Assembly: GCA_904379005.1 (NCBI GenBank)
Contig: CAJFHH010000014.1
Location: 13,556 to 77,555, forward strand
Source: Candidatus Neoclostridium roslinense
GTDB lineage: Bacteria > Bacillota > Clostridia > Christensenellales > Pumilibacteraceae
DNA: 64,000 nucleotides
Direction of reading: 5' to 3'
The notes under the pieces are model-generated. The model ran no database searches. It worked only from the letters and a program-made list of their open reading frames with translations, and was not told where the DNA came from. How positions within the stretch are numbered: position 1 is the first letter of the stretch; every line of letters begins with the position of its first letter. Below, piece by piece: positions 48,576 through 58,588 of the stretch. The translations under genes and the position numbers were made by a program.

Positions 48576-49130
48576 TTATGGACGGATACCCGAAAGGTAT
48601 TTGCGCAGTTTTATGTAGACGTCCGCGCAGATGAGACAGTCCTTTTCCGCGCGGTGGGCTCCGTCGGTGTCTATCCCGAAAAACTCCGCTACGGTGGTCT
48701 GTTTGTGGTTTACGAGCGCCGGCAGCGTCCGTCTCGCCATTCTGAGAACGTCGAAGTAGTCGTTTTTAAGCGGAAACCCCAGCTCGGACAGGATATTGTC
48801 GTAAAGAAAGTTTATGTCGAAGTTGACGTTGTATCCCATAATTATGTCGTCGCCGAGAAAATCTGTAAAGTCCGTCAGCGCCGGCAAAAGCTCTCTGCCG
48901 TCCTGCGCCATTGCGTCGGTAATGCCCGTAAGCCGGGTGACGAAGGGAGATATCTTTGACTTTGGCTTTATAAGACAGGAAAAAGCCGCCGTACGCTCAT
49001 TTGCGCGGAACCTGACGGCGGACGTTTCGATTATTTCGCAGCAATTTACGTCCATGCCGTTTGTCTCTATGTCCACTACCGTGTAATCGTCCGGAAGAAA
49101 GTTTATGTGTTTTCCTTTGTAAACGCGCAT
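48576..49130 (-). CDS. DnaQ-like 3'-5' exonuclease (DEDDh, stand-alone epsilon-like)
   Basis: Exo I is VVDIETNG, Exo II is GYNVNFDINFL and Exo III is HRAEKD. The start was moved to ATG 49130 behind GAGGT. Confidence 0.8.
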   Translation of the reverse strand: MRVYKGKHINFLPDDYTVVDIETNGMDVNCCEIIETSAVRFRANERTAAFSCLIKPKSKISPFVTRLTGITDAMAQDGRELLPALTDFTDFLGDDIIMGYNVNFDINFLYDNILSELGFPLKNDYFDVLRMARRTLPALVNHKQTTVAEFFGIDTDGAHRAEKDCLICADVYIKLRKYLSGIRP

Positions 49131-49244
49131 ATTTTGTCTTTTACCTCGTTTGTCGTCTGTAAAAATTATACAAGACGCCGCCGCGAAAGTCAATATCCGC
49201 GCAAAAAAAACCGCCCGCGCAAGCGAACGGCTAAAAAGTATAAA

Positions 49245-50339
49245 TCAAAGCGCCCGGTTTTTTCGGAGAAAATCGCGGAAAAATTCGGCGTTCGCGCTTA
49301 TTCGGGCGTCGCCGGGCGACAAAAACAGAGCGGCGTCGGCACATTCGAGCGCGGACAATGCGTCGCCCGTCTTAAAGTAGGCCACGGACAAGACGTCGTA
49401 AGGGTAGGAGGAAAAACTTGCCGGGTCGTTGAGATACGAGGAGGAGGGGCGGGGGATGGCAAGAGCGTTTTGCATCGCCCATATCGCGCCTTGCCAGTCT
49501 TCGTCCGAGTAAAGAAATTCCCCGAGGGCTATCCACGGCTCGCGCGAATAGGGATATTCGCCCACGCCCATGATAAAATTTTGGCGCGCGGCTTGCTTTT
49601 TGCCCAGCATTACCTGCGACTTTGCGAGAAATCTGCGCGACGCGCTGCGTTCTTCCGCCCATGTGGCGGCGGGAAGGGAGAGATGGCGCAAAAGTTCTCT
49701 TTCCGCCTCTTTGTACATTGCCCTAAAATAGTATTCGCGCCCCAGATAAAAGCTGTTGCGGTCGTTTTGCGGCTCTTCGCGGGTGGCTTTTTCCAACAGC
49801 GGCAGGTATTGAGCGCGCGACTTTGAGCCGTCGGGTCTGTGCACGAGTTTTACGCCTTCCGCTATAGCCTCCGACAAAACGGTGCCGTCCGAGGGAGTCA
49901 CCACTTCGTGGACAATGCCCTTCCACGCAAAGCCCCGCCGCGCGTGTATCTTTTTAATGTAAAAACTTATGCCGTCGCTGCCGTCTGGCATTACCGACCA
50001 CACATAATAGCACGACAAAAGGTTGGCGCGCGTGCGCACGGCCGCCTCTTCCAGTTTTGCCCGCCACCCCGGCAGAAAAACTTCGTCCAGATCCGTCGAG
50101 ACGCACAGACAGTCTTCGTCGGGCACCATGTCAAGCGCCGCATTGCGGGCGGAGTCAAACCGCCACGGCTCTATCGCGGCTTGTTTTACCGTGGCGCCGC
50201 CCTCTTGCAGCAGTTTTACGGTGTCGTCGTCCGAACCGGTGTCCAGCACGAATATTCCGTCGGCTTCGGCCATGGATTTTAACCAGCGGCAGGCAAATTT
50301 TTCCTCGTTTTTTGATATTGCGTAAACATAAATTTTCAT
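49245..50339 (-). CDS. Glycosyltransferase (GT2-like N-terminal domain) with C-terminal TPR-like repeats
   Basis: MKIYVYAISKNEEKF..VLDTGSDDDT..STDLDE carries DxD-type motifs, and the helical-repeat C-terminal half contains YFKTGDALSALE. The track ORF 5' extension (50340-50768) overlaps the MATE gene and was discarded. The RBS is weak. Confidence 0.65.
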   Translation of the reverse strand: MKIYVYAISKNEEKFACRWLKSMAEADGIFVLDTGSDDDTVKLLQEGGATVKQAAIEPWRFDSARNAALDMVPDEDCLCVSTDLDEVFLPGWRAKLEEAAVRTRANLLSCYYVWSVMPDGSDGISFYIKKIHARRGFAWKGIVHEVVTPSDGTVLSEAIAEGVKLVHRPDGSKSRAQYLPLLEKATREEPQNDRNSFYLGREYYFRAMYKEAERELLRHLSLPAATWAEERSASRRFLAKSQVMLGKKQAARQNFIMGVGEYPYSREPWIALGEFLYSDEDWQGAIWAMQNALAIPRPSSSYLNDPASFSSYPYDVLSVAYFKTGDALSALECADAALFLSPGDARISANAEFFRDFLRKNRAL

Positions 50340-50475
50340 AATTATCTTTATGCGTCGCCGCCCTCCGCCGTGACGATAAAATATATTATAAAATGGAATA
50401 AAAGCGCCCGTATTTTGTTGCATATTTATTTTTAAAGTGCTAAAATAAATATACTTTTGTTCGTGGAGATGTCGT

Positions 50476-51888
50476 ATGAATACAAACGTTAAGAAAAAAA
50501 CCCGCGAAGTCGACATGACGACGGGAAAACTGCTGCCGAAAATACTCGTTTTCGCGACAGTGCTTATTCTTACGGCTATATTGCAGCTTTTGTTCAATTC
50601 CGCCGACATGATAGTCGTCGGGCAGTTCGTCAACAACAACGCGGTGGGCGCGGTGGGTGCCACCAGCTCTCTTAACGCGCTGATAATAAACGTCGCGATA
50701 GGTTTTTCGGTGGGAGCGGGCGTCGTTGCCGCCAGCGCGTACGGGGCAAAAAACCGCGAATACGGCAATCAGGTTCTGCACACGTCCATAGTGCTGAGCG
50801 TAATAGTCGGCATAATAGTGGGCGCGGTGGGGTTTTTCCTTGCCGGAGATTTGCTCGAGCTTATGCAAACGCCCGACGAACAGATAGTGTATGCCACCGA
50901 ATATCTCGAAATTATATTTCTTGGCACTCCGTTTAACCTTTTGTACAACTTCGGCTCGTCCATGCTTAGAGCCGTCGGCGACACAAAGCGACCCCTTATA
51001 TATCTTACGATATCCGGCATTATCAACGTAATAATCAACATAGTTACGGTAACCGTCTTCAACATGGACGTCGTGGGCGTTGCCATTGCGACGATATTCA
51101 GTCAGGCGGTTTCGGCGGTTTTGGTGCTTATCACGCTTATACGCAGCAACGGCTTTCTTAAATTGTCGCTGCGCAAGCTTAAAATTCACAAACACGCGCT
51201 TATCGACATAATAAGGCTGGGCGTGCCTACGGGAATACAGAGTGCGCTTTTCAGCATCACAAACGTATTCCTGCAGTCTTCCGTCAACAGCTTCGGCAGC
51301 GCGGTGGTAAACGGATGTTCCATCTCCGGCCAGATAGAAGGCTACATCTACGCCGTAGTAAACAGTATAAGCAGCACCGCTCTTACGGTGGTGGGACAAA
51401 ACTACGGCGCGCGCGACTATTCCCGCATAAAAAAGACCATACTTATAACCAATGTGTTTGTCACGGTGGCGACGCTGGCTATATCGTGGCTTGCGATACT
51501 GTTCCACCGCCCGCTGTGCAAGATATTCATGAACGGCAACGCCTCCGAAGAAGAAACAAACCTTATCATATCGTACGCCTATCAAAAACTCATTATTATC
51601 GGCGGAACGTACTTCCTGGACGGCATAATGGAAGTGGTTACTTTTTCATTAAGAGGCGTCGGATATTCGATTACGTCCATGCTGATAGTGCTGGTGGGAA
51701 CGTGCGTTTTGCGTATAGTGTGGATATACTGTATTTTCCCGTTCGTACACAATCTGTCCTTCCTGTTTTTGATGTATCCCATATCGTGGATCGTGACGTT
51801 GGGCGTAGGTATAGTGTTCCTGGCCGTTTTGCTGCGGCGCGACGAGAAGAGGGACGCCGCTATAAACAACGTGGCGGAAAAGGCATAA
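50476..51888 (+). CDS. MATE family efflux transporter
   Basis: 12-TM pattern, with an N-terminus (LLPKILVFATVLILTAILQLLFNSADMIVVGQF) typical of MATE proteins. RBS GGAGAT. Confidence 0.88.
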   Translation: MNTNVKKKTREVDMTTGKLLPKILVFATVLILTAILQLLFNSADMIVVGQFVNNNAVGAVGATSSLNALIINVAIGFSVGAGVVAASAYGAKNREYGNQVLHTSIVLSVIVGIIVGAVGFFLAGDLLELMQTPDEQIVYATEYLEIIFLGTPFNLLYNFGSSMLRAVGDTKRPLIYLTISGIINVIINIVTVTVFNMDVVGVAIATIFSQAVSAVLVLITLIRSNGFLKLSLRKLKIHKHALIDIIRLGVPTGIQSALFSITNVFLQSSVNSFGSAVVNGCSISGQIEGYIYAVVNSISSTALTVVGQNYGARDYSRIKKTILITNVFVTVATLAISWLAILFHRPLCKIFMNGNASEEETNLIISYAYQKLIIIGGTYFLDGIMEVVTFSLRGVGYSITSMLIVLVGTCVLRIVWIYCIFPFVHNLSFLFLMYPISWIVTLGVGIVFLAVLLRRDEKRDAAINNVAEKA

Positions 51889-51982
51889 AAGCGGCAAAAT
51901 TCCGCGCAATAAGGCGCCGAATCCGCTGCCGCCGCATTATACTTTACAATGCTTTTATAATATGATACAATAAAAGCGCCAT

Positions 51983-52354
51983 GGGCCAGCAACGGCATCG
52001 ATTGCCGTCTGCGGAAAGGAAAAGCATGTCGGAGGTTCGGCTCCGTTAAAAACGAAAACAAAATTTAAATGCTAACAATAGCAAAAATTACAGCGCTCCC
52101 GTAGCGCTCGCAGCTTAATCTAAAATTTAAGCTCCGTTCCGGCGGAAAATGCCCACGTTTTTTGCAGGAACGTCATCATCAGTGGGGTATCGCCGTCGTT
52201 GCATCGTCTTCGGCAGCTGCGGCGGGAATCAGGAAGACATGGCGCGGCGCGTTCGTCTGCGGAAACGCCGCCCCGAGATTAAACGCCGACTAAACATGTA
52301 GAAAGCTTTTCTTACGGCGGTAAGACCGCGGTTCAATTCCGCGCTGGTCCACCA
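51983..52354 (+). ncRNA. ssrA: tmRNA (SsrA)
   Basis: 5' GGGCCAG pairs with 3' CTGGTCC-A-CCA, giving a G3:U70 tRNA-Ala-like acceptor. The T arm is CCGCGGTTCAATTCCGCG. The tag [51 protein letters not shown] (52071-52118) encodes ANNSKNYSAPVALAA. Confidence 0.9.
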
Positions 52355-52360
52355 AAAAAA

Positions 52361-52394
52361 GCCGTTCGGGCAATATCGTCCGGGCGGCTTTTTT
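52361..52394 (+). terminator. Rho-independent terminator after ssrA
   Basis: GCCGTTCGGGC ... GTCCGGGCGGC stem (with G-U pairs) followed by TTTTTT. Confidence 0.6.
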
Positions 52395-52490
52395 AGTGTG
52401 CCGGCAAAAGCGGCTCTTTTAGGGCGGCGAAAAGTTTTTATCCCGCCGACCTGTATTGCGGCGCATGAGAGAAGACGTTTTCGCCATAAG

Positions 52491-53024
52491 TCAGATGCGC
52501 TGGTCTGAGAGCAGGTCGCTGCCTTTTTCCAACAGATTGGCGAGCTGTTCTTCGCTGTCGTCAATGACGGGCAGCAGCCGGCCGGTCTTTTTTTCGACGA
52601 GCTTTTTGAAAATGGGATAGTTTACGCAGCACAGCGCTATACCCACAACGCCCAGTACGACGCCGACCGCAACGGCGGCTGGTCCGCTAAGCAGCATCAC
52701 CATGGACATTCCGCCGCCGAGAATCAGCGCCGCGGCAATGCCGAAAATAAAAGAAAATATTGTAGCGCCGCAGGTTTTTGCTTTTTCCAACCGACAGATG
52801 CAGTCGAGGGTGTTTTCGGCCTGACGTTCGAGCTTGTTTAATTCCGGCTTGTGCGGCAGTTTCCTGTCGCGTTTCATGGACAATGTTACCGTGCCGGGCA
52901 GCGAAGTGCTGACGGACGTGATCTCCCAGCCGAAGGCTTCGTACATATCGGCGGCGTACGCCTGTTTTTCGGCTTTGATTTTTTTCGTACAATATTCGTA
53001 TGTGATAAAATCTTTTTCCTGCAT
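52491..53024 (-). CDS. Hypothetical membrane protein (soluble N-terminal domain plus two TM helices)
   Basis: 177-aa ORF with hydrophobic segments IFSFIFGIAAALILGGGMSMVML and VAVGVVLGVVGIALCCV. It is divergent from a TetR gene. Confidence 0.55.
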   Translation of the reverse strand: MQEKDFITYEYCTKKIKAEKQAYAADMYEAFGWEITSVSTSLPGTVTLSMKRDRKLPHKPELNKLERQAENTLDCICRLEKAKTCGATIFSFIFGIAAALILGGGMSMVMLLSGPAAVAVGVVLGVVGIALCCVNYPIFKKLVEKKTGRLLPVIDDSEEQLANLLEKGSDLLSDQRI

Positions 53025-53170
53025 GATTAGTTTCCTCCGGGAATTATATTTTGCGAAAGTGGGTGTGCCGACGCGCGTTTCGGTTGACTTTTCCGCAAGA
53101 CAAGTGTATCATATAATAAATCGGAGAGAAAATCAAGTCAAAAAAAGCGCGATGGGACAAAAACGGGAAA

Positions 53171-53734
53171 GTGTCGCGCCGAATAAGACAAAAAAGGAGA
53201 AAGTGTATCGTGCAATACTACCAGGAAGACTATACCAGGTTTTATATAGTACAGGCGCTTTTCAAGTTGATGAAAGAGTACAATTACGACAAAATAAGCG
53301 TCACGGACATAGTAAAAAAGGCCGGCGTGGGGAGGGCGACGTTTTACAGGTATTTTAAAAGCAAGGAAGAGGTGATATTGCATTATTTCAGGCACCACAC
53401 CCAAGATTTTGTCGCCGCTCATAGGTTTTATCCGCGCTGCCGCGCCGATTACACAGACCTTGTAAAGGACGTGCTCAAATATTTCGAGGCGCAGAAAGAG
53501 CGCTTTATGCTTATCCGTCAGGCTCATCTCGAATATGTTTATCTGGACTATCTAAATAAAATGTTTGTCGAAAAATTCATAGTCGACCACGACGACCTTG
53601 ACGGCAAACTGCTGCCGTATATTTACGCGGGCATGCTTTTTAACGTATCCATGAAGTGGCTGGACGACGGGTGCAAACGCCCGATAGGCGAGCTGGCCGA
53701 CATGATTGTTGACGCAGTATATTTCGAAAAATAA
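53171..53734 (+). CDS. TetR/AcrR family transcriptional regulator
   Basis: HTH ISVTDIVKKAGVGRATFYRYFKSKEEV. An alternative GTG start at 53210 behind AAGGAG is at least as likely as 53171. Confidence 0.8.
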   Translation: MSRRIRQKRRKCIVQYYQEDYTRFYIVQALFKLMKEYNYDKISVTDIVKKAGVGRATFYRYFKSKEEVILHYFRHHTQDFVAAHRFYPRCRADYTDLVKDVLKYFEAQKERFMLIRQAHLEYVYLDYLNKMFVEKFIVDHDDLDGKLLPYIYAGMLFNVSMKWLDDGCKRPIGELADMIVDAVYFEK

Positions 53735-53809
53735 GCGGCCGAAAAAACGCGGCGCATAAAAACAAAAGCGGGCAAAAACAGCGCCCGCTTTTTTGTAAAA
53801 TCAACAAAA

Positions 53810-55246
53810 TTATTCTTTTTCGTCTGTCGATGAATCGTCTTCCGCCGGCTTTTCCTTTTTGAAGAGGCGGAATTTTTTGTCCTTGTCCTCGTCGGCATTT
53901 TCTTCTTTTTGTTCTTCTTCGACGGGTTTCGGCTTTTTGGTAATGCGCATTTTTTCGATGCGGTGTTCGTTGACGAGCAGCACCTGCACTTTTACATAAT
54001 CGTTTTCGCATTCGGCGGTGGAGCCGTCGTCGGGAACGGCGCCCAGCATTTCGCAGACGTAGCCGCCGAAGGTCTCGTAGTCGTCTTTTTCCAGTTCGTC
54101 TTCCGGCAGGCGGATATCCATTTTTTCGATGACCTCGTCAAAGGGGGCCAGCCCCGTAACTTCCCACGTGTCGTCGTCAATACGCGTAATTTCGTAATCG
54201 GGATCTTCGCCCTTTTCCTGGAGATCGCCCACCAGCAGTTCCAACAGGTCGTGCAGCGTTATTATGCCGTTTATTCCGCCGTATTCGTCCAGCACAACGG
54301 CAAAGTACTCACGCGTGTTTTTCATGCGGTAAAACAAATCGTCCGCGGGCATGGTTTCGGAAATAAATACCGGCGGCATTATGGCCTGCTGTTTGACGTT
54401 TTCCTTGGACTTGTCGTCCAGACGGAAATATATTTTCGTGTTCAAAACGCCTATTACGTCGTCGATATCCTTGCCGCAGACGGGGTAGTAGGTGTGGTTG
54501 GACTGCTTTATCGTGTTTTCCCAAACCTCCTGGTCGTCGCGGTCGAACAGAAAATCCACGTCTTTTCGGTGAGTGCACACGTCGCCTACGTCGTTTTCTT
54601 TAAATTCAAATACTTTTTGAATAAATTCGTTTTCCTTCGCGTCTATCGAACCTTTTTCGCTGCCGGCCTCGGCCATGAGCATAATCTCCTCTTCCGACAC
54701 GTCTTCGCTCGTGTCTTCGGGTTTAATGCCGAACATACGCAAAATGCCGTTGGCGGATACCGTAAGCAGCCACACGAACGGCGCAAAGGCGTACGACACG
54801 AAAGTAAGTATTCCCGACAAAAACAGCGAAAGCTTTTCGGGGTTGCGCATGGCGATGCGTTTGGGGATGAGTTCGCCGAATACGATGGAGAAGTAGGACA
54901 GAATGAGAGTAATGGCAATCATACATATCGTGCTTGTGACGGTGAAGTATGAGCTGTCTTTTCCTACGATAAGGGCAGCGAGCGGTTCGGAAAACGAATC
55001 GGCCGCAAATGCCGAGCCTAACAGCGAGGCAAGAGTGATGGCCACCTGTATGGTGGAGAGAAATTTGGAAGAGTTTTTTGTAAGACGGCAGATGCGTTTT
55101 GCACGCTTATTCCCGTCTTCGGCAAGCTTTTCCATTTTGGTCTGGTTGGCTGAAATTACCGCAATCTCGGCGCTTGCAAAAATGGCGTTAAGGAATATAA
55201 GCACCACCTGTAACAACAACGCGAGCACTATTTCGCCTGGGTTCAT
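53810..55246 (-). CDS. CNNM/CorC-HlyC family protein (DUF21 membrane domain, CBS pair, CorC_HlyC domain) with charged C-terminal tail
   Basis: N-terminal 4-TM DUF21 (FLNAIFASAEIAVIS), a CBS pair and the CorC_HlyC motif (ETFGGYVCEMLGAVP). The tail reads KKPKPVEEEQKEENADEDKDKK.... Confidence 0.85.
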   Translation of the reverse strand: MNPGEIVLALLLQVVLIFLNAIFASAEIAVISANQTKMEKLAEDGNKRAKRICRLTKNSSKFLSTIQVAITLASLLGSAFAADSFSEPLAALIVGKDSSYFTVTSTICMIAITLILSYFSIVFGELIPKRIAMRNPEKLSLFLSGILTFVSYAFAPFVWLLTVSANGILRMFGIKPEDTSEDVSEEEIMLMAEAGSEKGSIDAKENEFIQKVFEFKENDVGDVCTHRKDVDFLFDRDDQEVWENTIKQSNHTYYPVCGKDIDDVIGVLNTKIYFRLDDKSKENVKQQAIMPPVFISETMPADDLFYRMKNTREYFAVVLDEYGGINGIITLHDLLELLVGDLQEKGEDPDYEITRIDDDTWEVTGLAPFDEVIEKMDIRLPEDELEKDDYETFGGYVCEMLGAVPDDGSTAECENDYVKVQVLLVNEHRIEKMRITKKPKPVEEEQKEENADEDKDKKFRLFKKEKPAEDDSSTDEKE

Positions 55247-55698
55247 GATAAAATTAGCATACAGCGCGTATTATACGCGCATTGTGGAAGTAGAAACTGG
55301 GGATTTTTTTAGTTTTACTTTTTACAACGCAAAAAAACACAACCTCTTTGTAAACCATACAAAAAAGTCATGTTGCAAATCCAAGTATTAAGTTGTGCGT
55401 TCGTCGCGGAACGCTACTTGTTGGGCTGTCGTCCACTATGCTTTAGTCCTCCTATGACATATATGTTAGCACATTGCGGGGCATAATGTCAAGAAAAATC
55501 GAGGCGTTTTTATGACGCAATCATGAAAAACGCAAGAATATTGTAAGTTAATATTGTAGATTTGATACGCTTAACTTATAAACAATATAAATATTTTATG
55601 TATTTCGATGCGCTTTTACGAAATTTATTTAATTTTCGAGTTTTTTTGTCTTAAAGCAAAAAAATACAATATTCGTGTCAAAATTTATAAAAAAACTA

Positions 55699-55727
55699 TT
55701 GACAAAAGCAAATAGGTGTGATATTAT
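55699..55727 (+). promoter_or_regulatory. Sigma-A type promoter upstream of copA
   Basis: TTGACA (55699-55704), 17-nt spacer, TATTAT (55722-55727). Confidence 0.5.
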
Positions 55728-55821
55728 AAAACCGACTAAATAAGTAGGCAAATAGTCGCGCCGATAAAAATCGTTATAGCGGCGGGCGATTTTGCAAATA
55801 ATATAGGTCCGGAGATAATAT

Positions 55822-58428
55822 ATGAAACAGTACAACGTTACCGGCATGAGCTGCGCTGCCTGCAGCTCGCGAGTGGAAAAAGCCGTTTCCAAGGTGGACG
55901 GAGTCACTTCGTGTTCCGTAAACCTGCTTACCGGTGCCATGGGTGTGGAAGGCAACGCCAGCGACGCCGCAATAATAGAGGCGGTGGAAAAGGCGGGATA
56001 CGGCGCGTCGCCCAAAGGGACCGAGGTAAAAGCCGCCGCAAAGGAAGAGTTTGCGGATCACGAAACGCCTGTGCTTGTAAAAAGACTGGCGGTATCGGCG
56101 GTTTTGCTGGTGGTGCTCATGTATATATCCATGGGACACACCATGTGGGGTTGGCCGCTGCCCGGATGGCTGGCGCGCAATCCTATTGAGATAGGTTTGG
56201 TACAGCTGCTGTTGTCGGCGGTAATCATGGTCGTAAACGGTAAATTTTTCGTAAGCGGATTCAAGAGTCTTTGGCACAGGGCGCCCAACATGGACACTCT
56301 GGTGGCGCTGGGGTCCATGGCGTCGTTTGTTTGGAGCGTGGTAATTTTGTTTTTCATGACCGACGCGCAGGTCAACGGCAATGTCGACGCGGTGGCCTCT
56401 TACATGCACGAATTTTACTTCGAGTCGGCGGCGACGATACTTACTTTGATTACGTTGGGCAAAATGCTGGAATCTATTTCCAAGGGCAAAACCACCAATG
56501 CGCTTAAAGGACTGATGAATCTGGCGCCCAAGACGGCGGTGGTGGTAAAGGACGGCAAAGAGCAGACGGTTCCCGTCGAGCAGGTGCGCATAGGCGACGA
56601 ATTCGTCGTACGTCCCGGCGAAAGTATTCCCGTGGACGGAGTTATCGTCGACGGCATGAGCGCCGTAAACGAGTCGGCCCTTACCGGCGAAAGCATTCCC
56701 GTGGATAAGAAGGCGGGCGACAGAGTATCGGCTGCCACCATCAACCAATCGGGCTTTTTGCGCTGCCGCGCCGAACGCGTGGGCGAAGACACCACTTTGT
56801 CGCAAATAATAAAGATGGTGGAGGGAGCGTCGGCTACAAAAGCGCCCATCGCCAAGGTGGCGGACAAAGTTTCCGGCATTTTCGTGCCGGCGGTAATAGC
56901 GATATCTCTTGTTACGCTTGTCGTATGGCTGCTCATCGGCCGCGGAGTGGGATTTGCGCTGGCCCGTGCGATATCCGTGCTGGTAATAAGCTGTCCCTGC
57001 GCGCTGGGGCTTGCCACGCCGGTTGCCATAATGGTGGGCAGCGGTCTGGGCGCCAAAAACGGAATATTGTTCAAAACGGCGGCGTCGCTGGAAGAAGCGG
57101 GTAAAGTGCAGATAGTCGCGCTGGACAAAACCGGCACCATTACGAACGGTACCCCCGTTGTAACGGATATTCTTCCCGCCGACGGTTATACCGAGCAGCG
57201 GCTAATGGAAGTGGCGGCTACGCTGGAAAACAAGAGCGAGCATCCGCTGGCAAAGGCCATCATGCAAAAGAGCGGCGAGATGAACGTCAAGGCGCTGCCG
57301 ACGAAGAACTTTGCCGCTTTGCCCGGCAACGGAGTCAGCGCCGAAACGGACGAGCAAGATTTGCTTGCGGGCAGTCTCGAATTTATTCGCAGCCGCGTCA
57401 GCGTGTCGCCGGAAATAATCAAGAAAGCGGAAGAACTGTCCAATCAGGGCAAAACGCCGCTGCTGTTTAGCGAAGGCGGCGTGCTTGCGGGCATAATAGC
57501 GGTGGCGGACACCATCAAAAAGGACAGCGCCGCTGCCATCGCCCAGTTTAAGAAGATGGGCATAAGGGTGGTAATGCTTACCGGCGACAATAAACGCACC
57601 GCCGATGCGATAGGAAAAGCCGCCGGCGTCGACGAAGTAATAGCGGGCGTTATGCCGGACGGAAAGGAAGAAGTGGTGCGCCGTTTGCAGCAAAAGGGCA
57701 AAGTCGCCATGATAGGAGACGGAATAAACGACGCGCCTGCGTTGACGCGTGCCGACATAGGCATAGCGATAGGCGCGGGAGCGGATATAGCCATCGACGC
57801 CGCCGACGTGGTGCTGATGAAGAGCAATCTTTCCGACGCCGTCGCGGCAGTGAGACTTAGCCGTGCGTCGCTTAGAAACATTCACGAAAACCTGTTTTGG
57901 GCGTTTGCGTACAACGTCATCGGAATACCCATCGCAGCGGGCTGTTTCGTCGCGCTGGGACTGACGTTAAATCCCATGATAGGCGCCGCCGCCATGAGTT
58001 TGTCGAGCGTCTGCGTCGTCACCAACGCACTGCGTCTAAATCTTTGCAAAATACGCAGCGACAAACACGACCACAAGTTTAAAAACGCTCTGCCGGCGGA
58101 TATGCCGCTTATCGACGCTCCCGTGGCGGAAAAGAACGCGGATACGGCCGCAAAGACTGTGGCGGAAAAGAACGCGGATACGGCTGCAAAACCCATGGCG
58201 GAAGAAAATGAACAATTGACGAAAAAGACCATCACGATAGAGGGCATGATGTGCGAGCATTGCGAAAGGACGATAAAGGCAGCTCTCGAAAAAAAACCGG
58301 GAGTGCAGTCGGCGACGGCGGATTTTGCGTCGGGCACGGCGGTTGTGTATTTGTCGGGCAAGGTCGACGACGCGGCGCTGAAGGCTGCGGTCGAGGCCGA
58401 AGATTATAAGGTGGTAAAAATAGAATAA
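55822..58428 (+). CDS. copA: Copper-translocating P1B-type ATPase with N-terminal and C-terminal heavy-metal-associated (HMA) domains
   Basis: N-terminal [17 protein letters not shown]6 CPC ([11 protein letters not shown]), DKTGTIT and GDGINDAP. After the last TM there is a linker and a second HMA domain ([17 protein letters not shown]). Confidence 0.92.
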   Translation: MKQYNVTGMSCAACSSRVEKAVSKVDGVTSCSVNLLTGAMGVEGNASDAAIIEAVEKAGYGASPKGTEVKAAAKEEFADHETPVLVKRLAVSAVLLVVLMYISMGHTMWGWPLPGWLARNPIEIGLVQLLLSAVIMVVNGKFFVSGFKSLWHRAPNMDTLVALGSMASFVWSVVILFFMTDAQVNGNVDAVASYMHEFYFESAATILTLITLGKMLESISKGKTTNALKGLMNLAPKTAVVVKDGKEQTVPVEQVRIGDEFVVRPGESIPVDGVIVDGMSAVNESALTGESIPVDKKAGDRVSAATINQSGFLRCRAERVGEDTTLSQIIKMVEGASATKAPIAKVADKVSGIFVPAVIAISLVTLVVWLLIGRGVGFALARAISVLVISCPCALGLATPVAIMVGSGLGAKNGILFKTAASLEEAGKVQIVALDKTGTITNGTPVVTDILPADGYTEQRLMEVAATLENKSEHPLAKAIMQKSGEMNVKALPTKNFAALPGNGVSAETDEQDLLAGSLEFIRSRVSVSPEIIKKAEELSNQGKTPLLFSEGGVLAGIIAVADTIKKDSAAAIAQFKKMGIRVVMLTGDNKRTADAIGKAAGVDEVIAGVMPDGKEEVVRRLQQKGKVAMIGDGINDAPALTRADIGIAIGAGADIAIDAADVVLMKSNLSDAVAAVRLSRASLRNIHENLFWAFAYNVIGIPIAAGCFVALGLTLNPMIGAAAMSLSSVCVVTNALRLNLCKIRSDKHDHKFKNALPADMPLIDAPVAEKNADTAAKTVAEKNADTAAKPMAEENEQLTKKTITIEGMMCEHCERTIKAALEKKPGVQSATADFASGTAVVYLSGKVDDAALKAAVEAEDYKVVKIE
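58123..58209 (+). repeat. 36-nt in-frame tandem duplication (about 2.4 copies) in the copA C-terminal linker
   Basis: gtggcggaaaagaacgcggatacggccgcaaagact (58123-58158), then gtggcggaaaagaacgcggatacggctgcaaaaccc (58159-58194), then a partial atggcggaagaaaat. The product reads [29 protein letters not shown]. Confidence 0.85.
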
Positions 58429-58588
58429 TTTGTATCGTCTTACCGGCAAAAGCAATGTCAATAAGTAAAATACGTAAAAAAGGCTCTGTGCGCTGCGGCG
58501 CCCGGGGCCTTTACTTTATGCGACAAAAATATCGTTGCCGGCCATAACGCCATTTTGCGGTAAATGCCCGTAAAGCTATGCCGGCGTA

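Noticed and set aside
50340-50768. A 5' extension of the glycosyltransferase ORF; the track gives 49245-50768 (507 aa).
   Set aside because: The extension overlaps the well-supported MATE gene on the opposite strand and has no recognisable features. The GT2-type N-terminus MKIYVYAISKNEE begins at ATG 50339.
55380-55450. A 22-codon minus-strand mini-ORF (GTG at about 55434, behind AGGAGG) as a possible leader peptide upstream of the CNNM/CorC gene.
   Set aside because: The RBS spacing is long (about 11 nt). There is no obvious attenuator structure and no conservation evidence, so it was too speculative to report.
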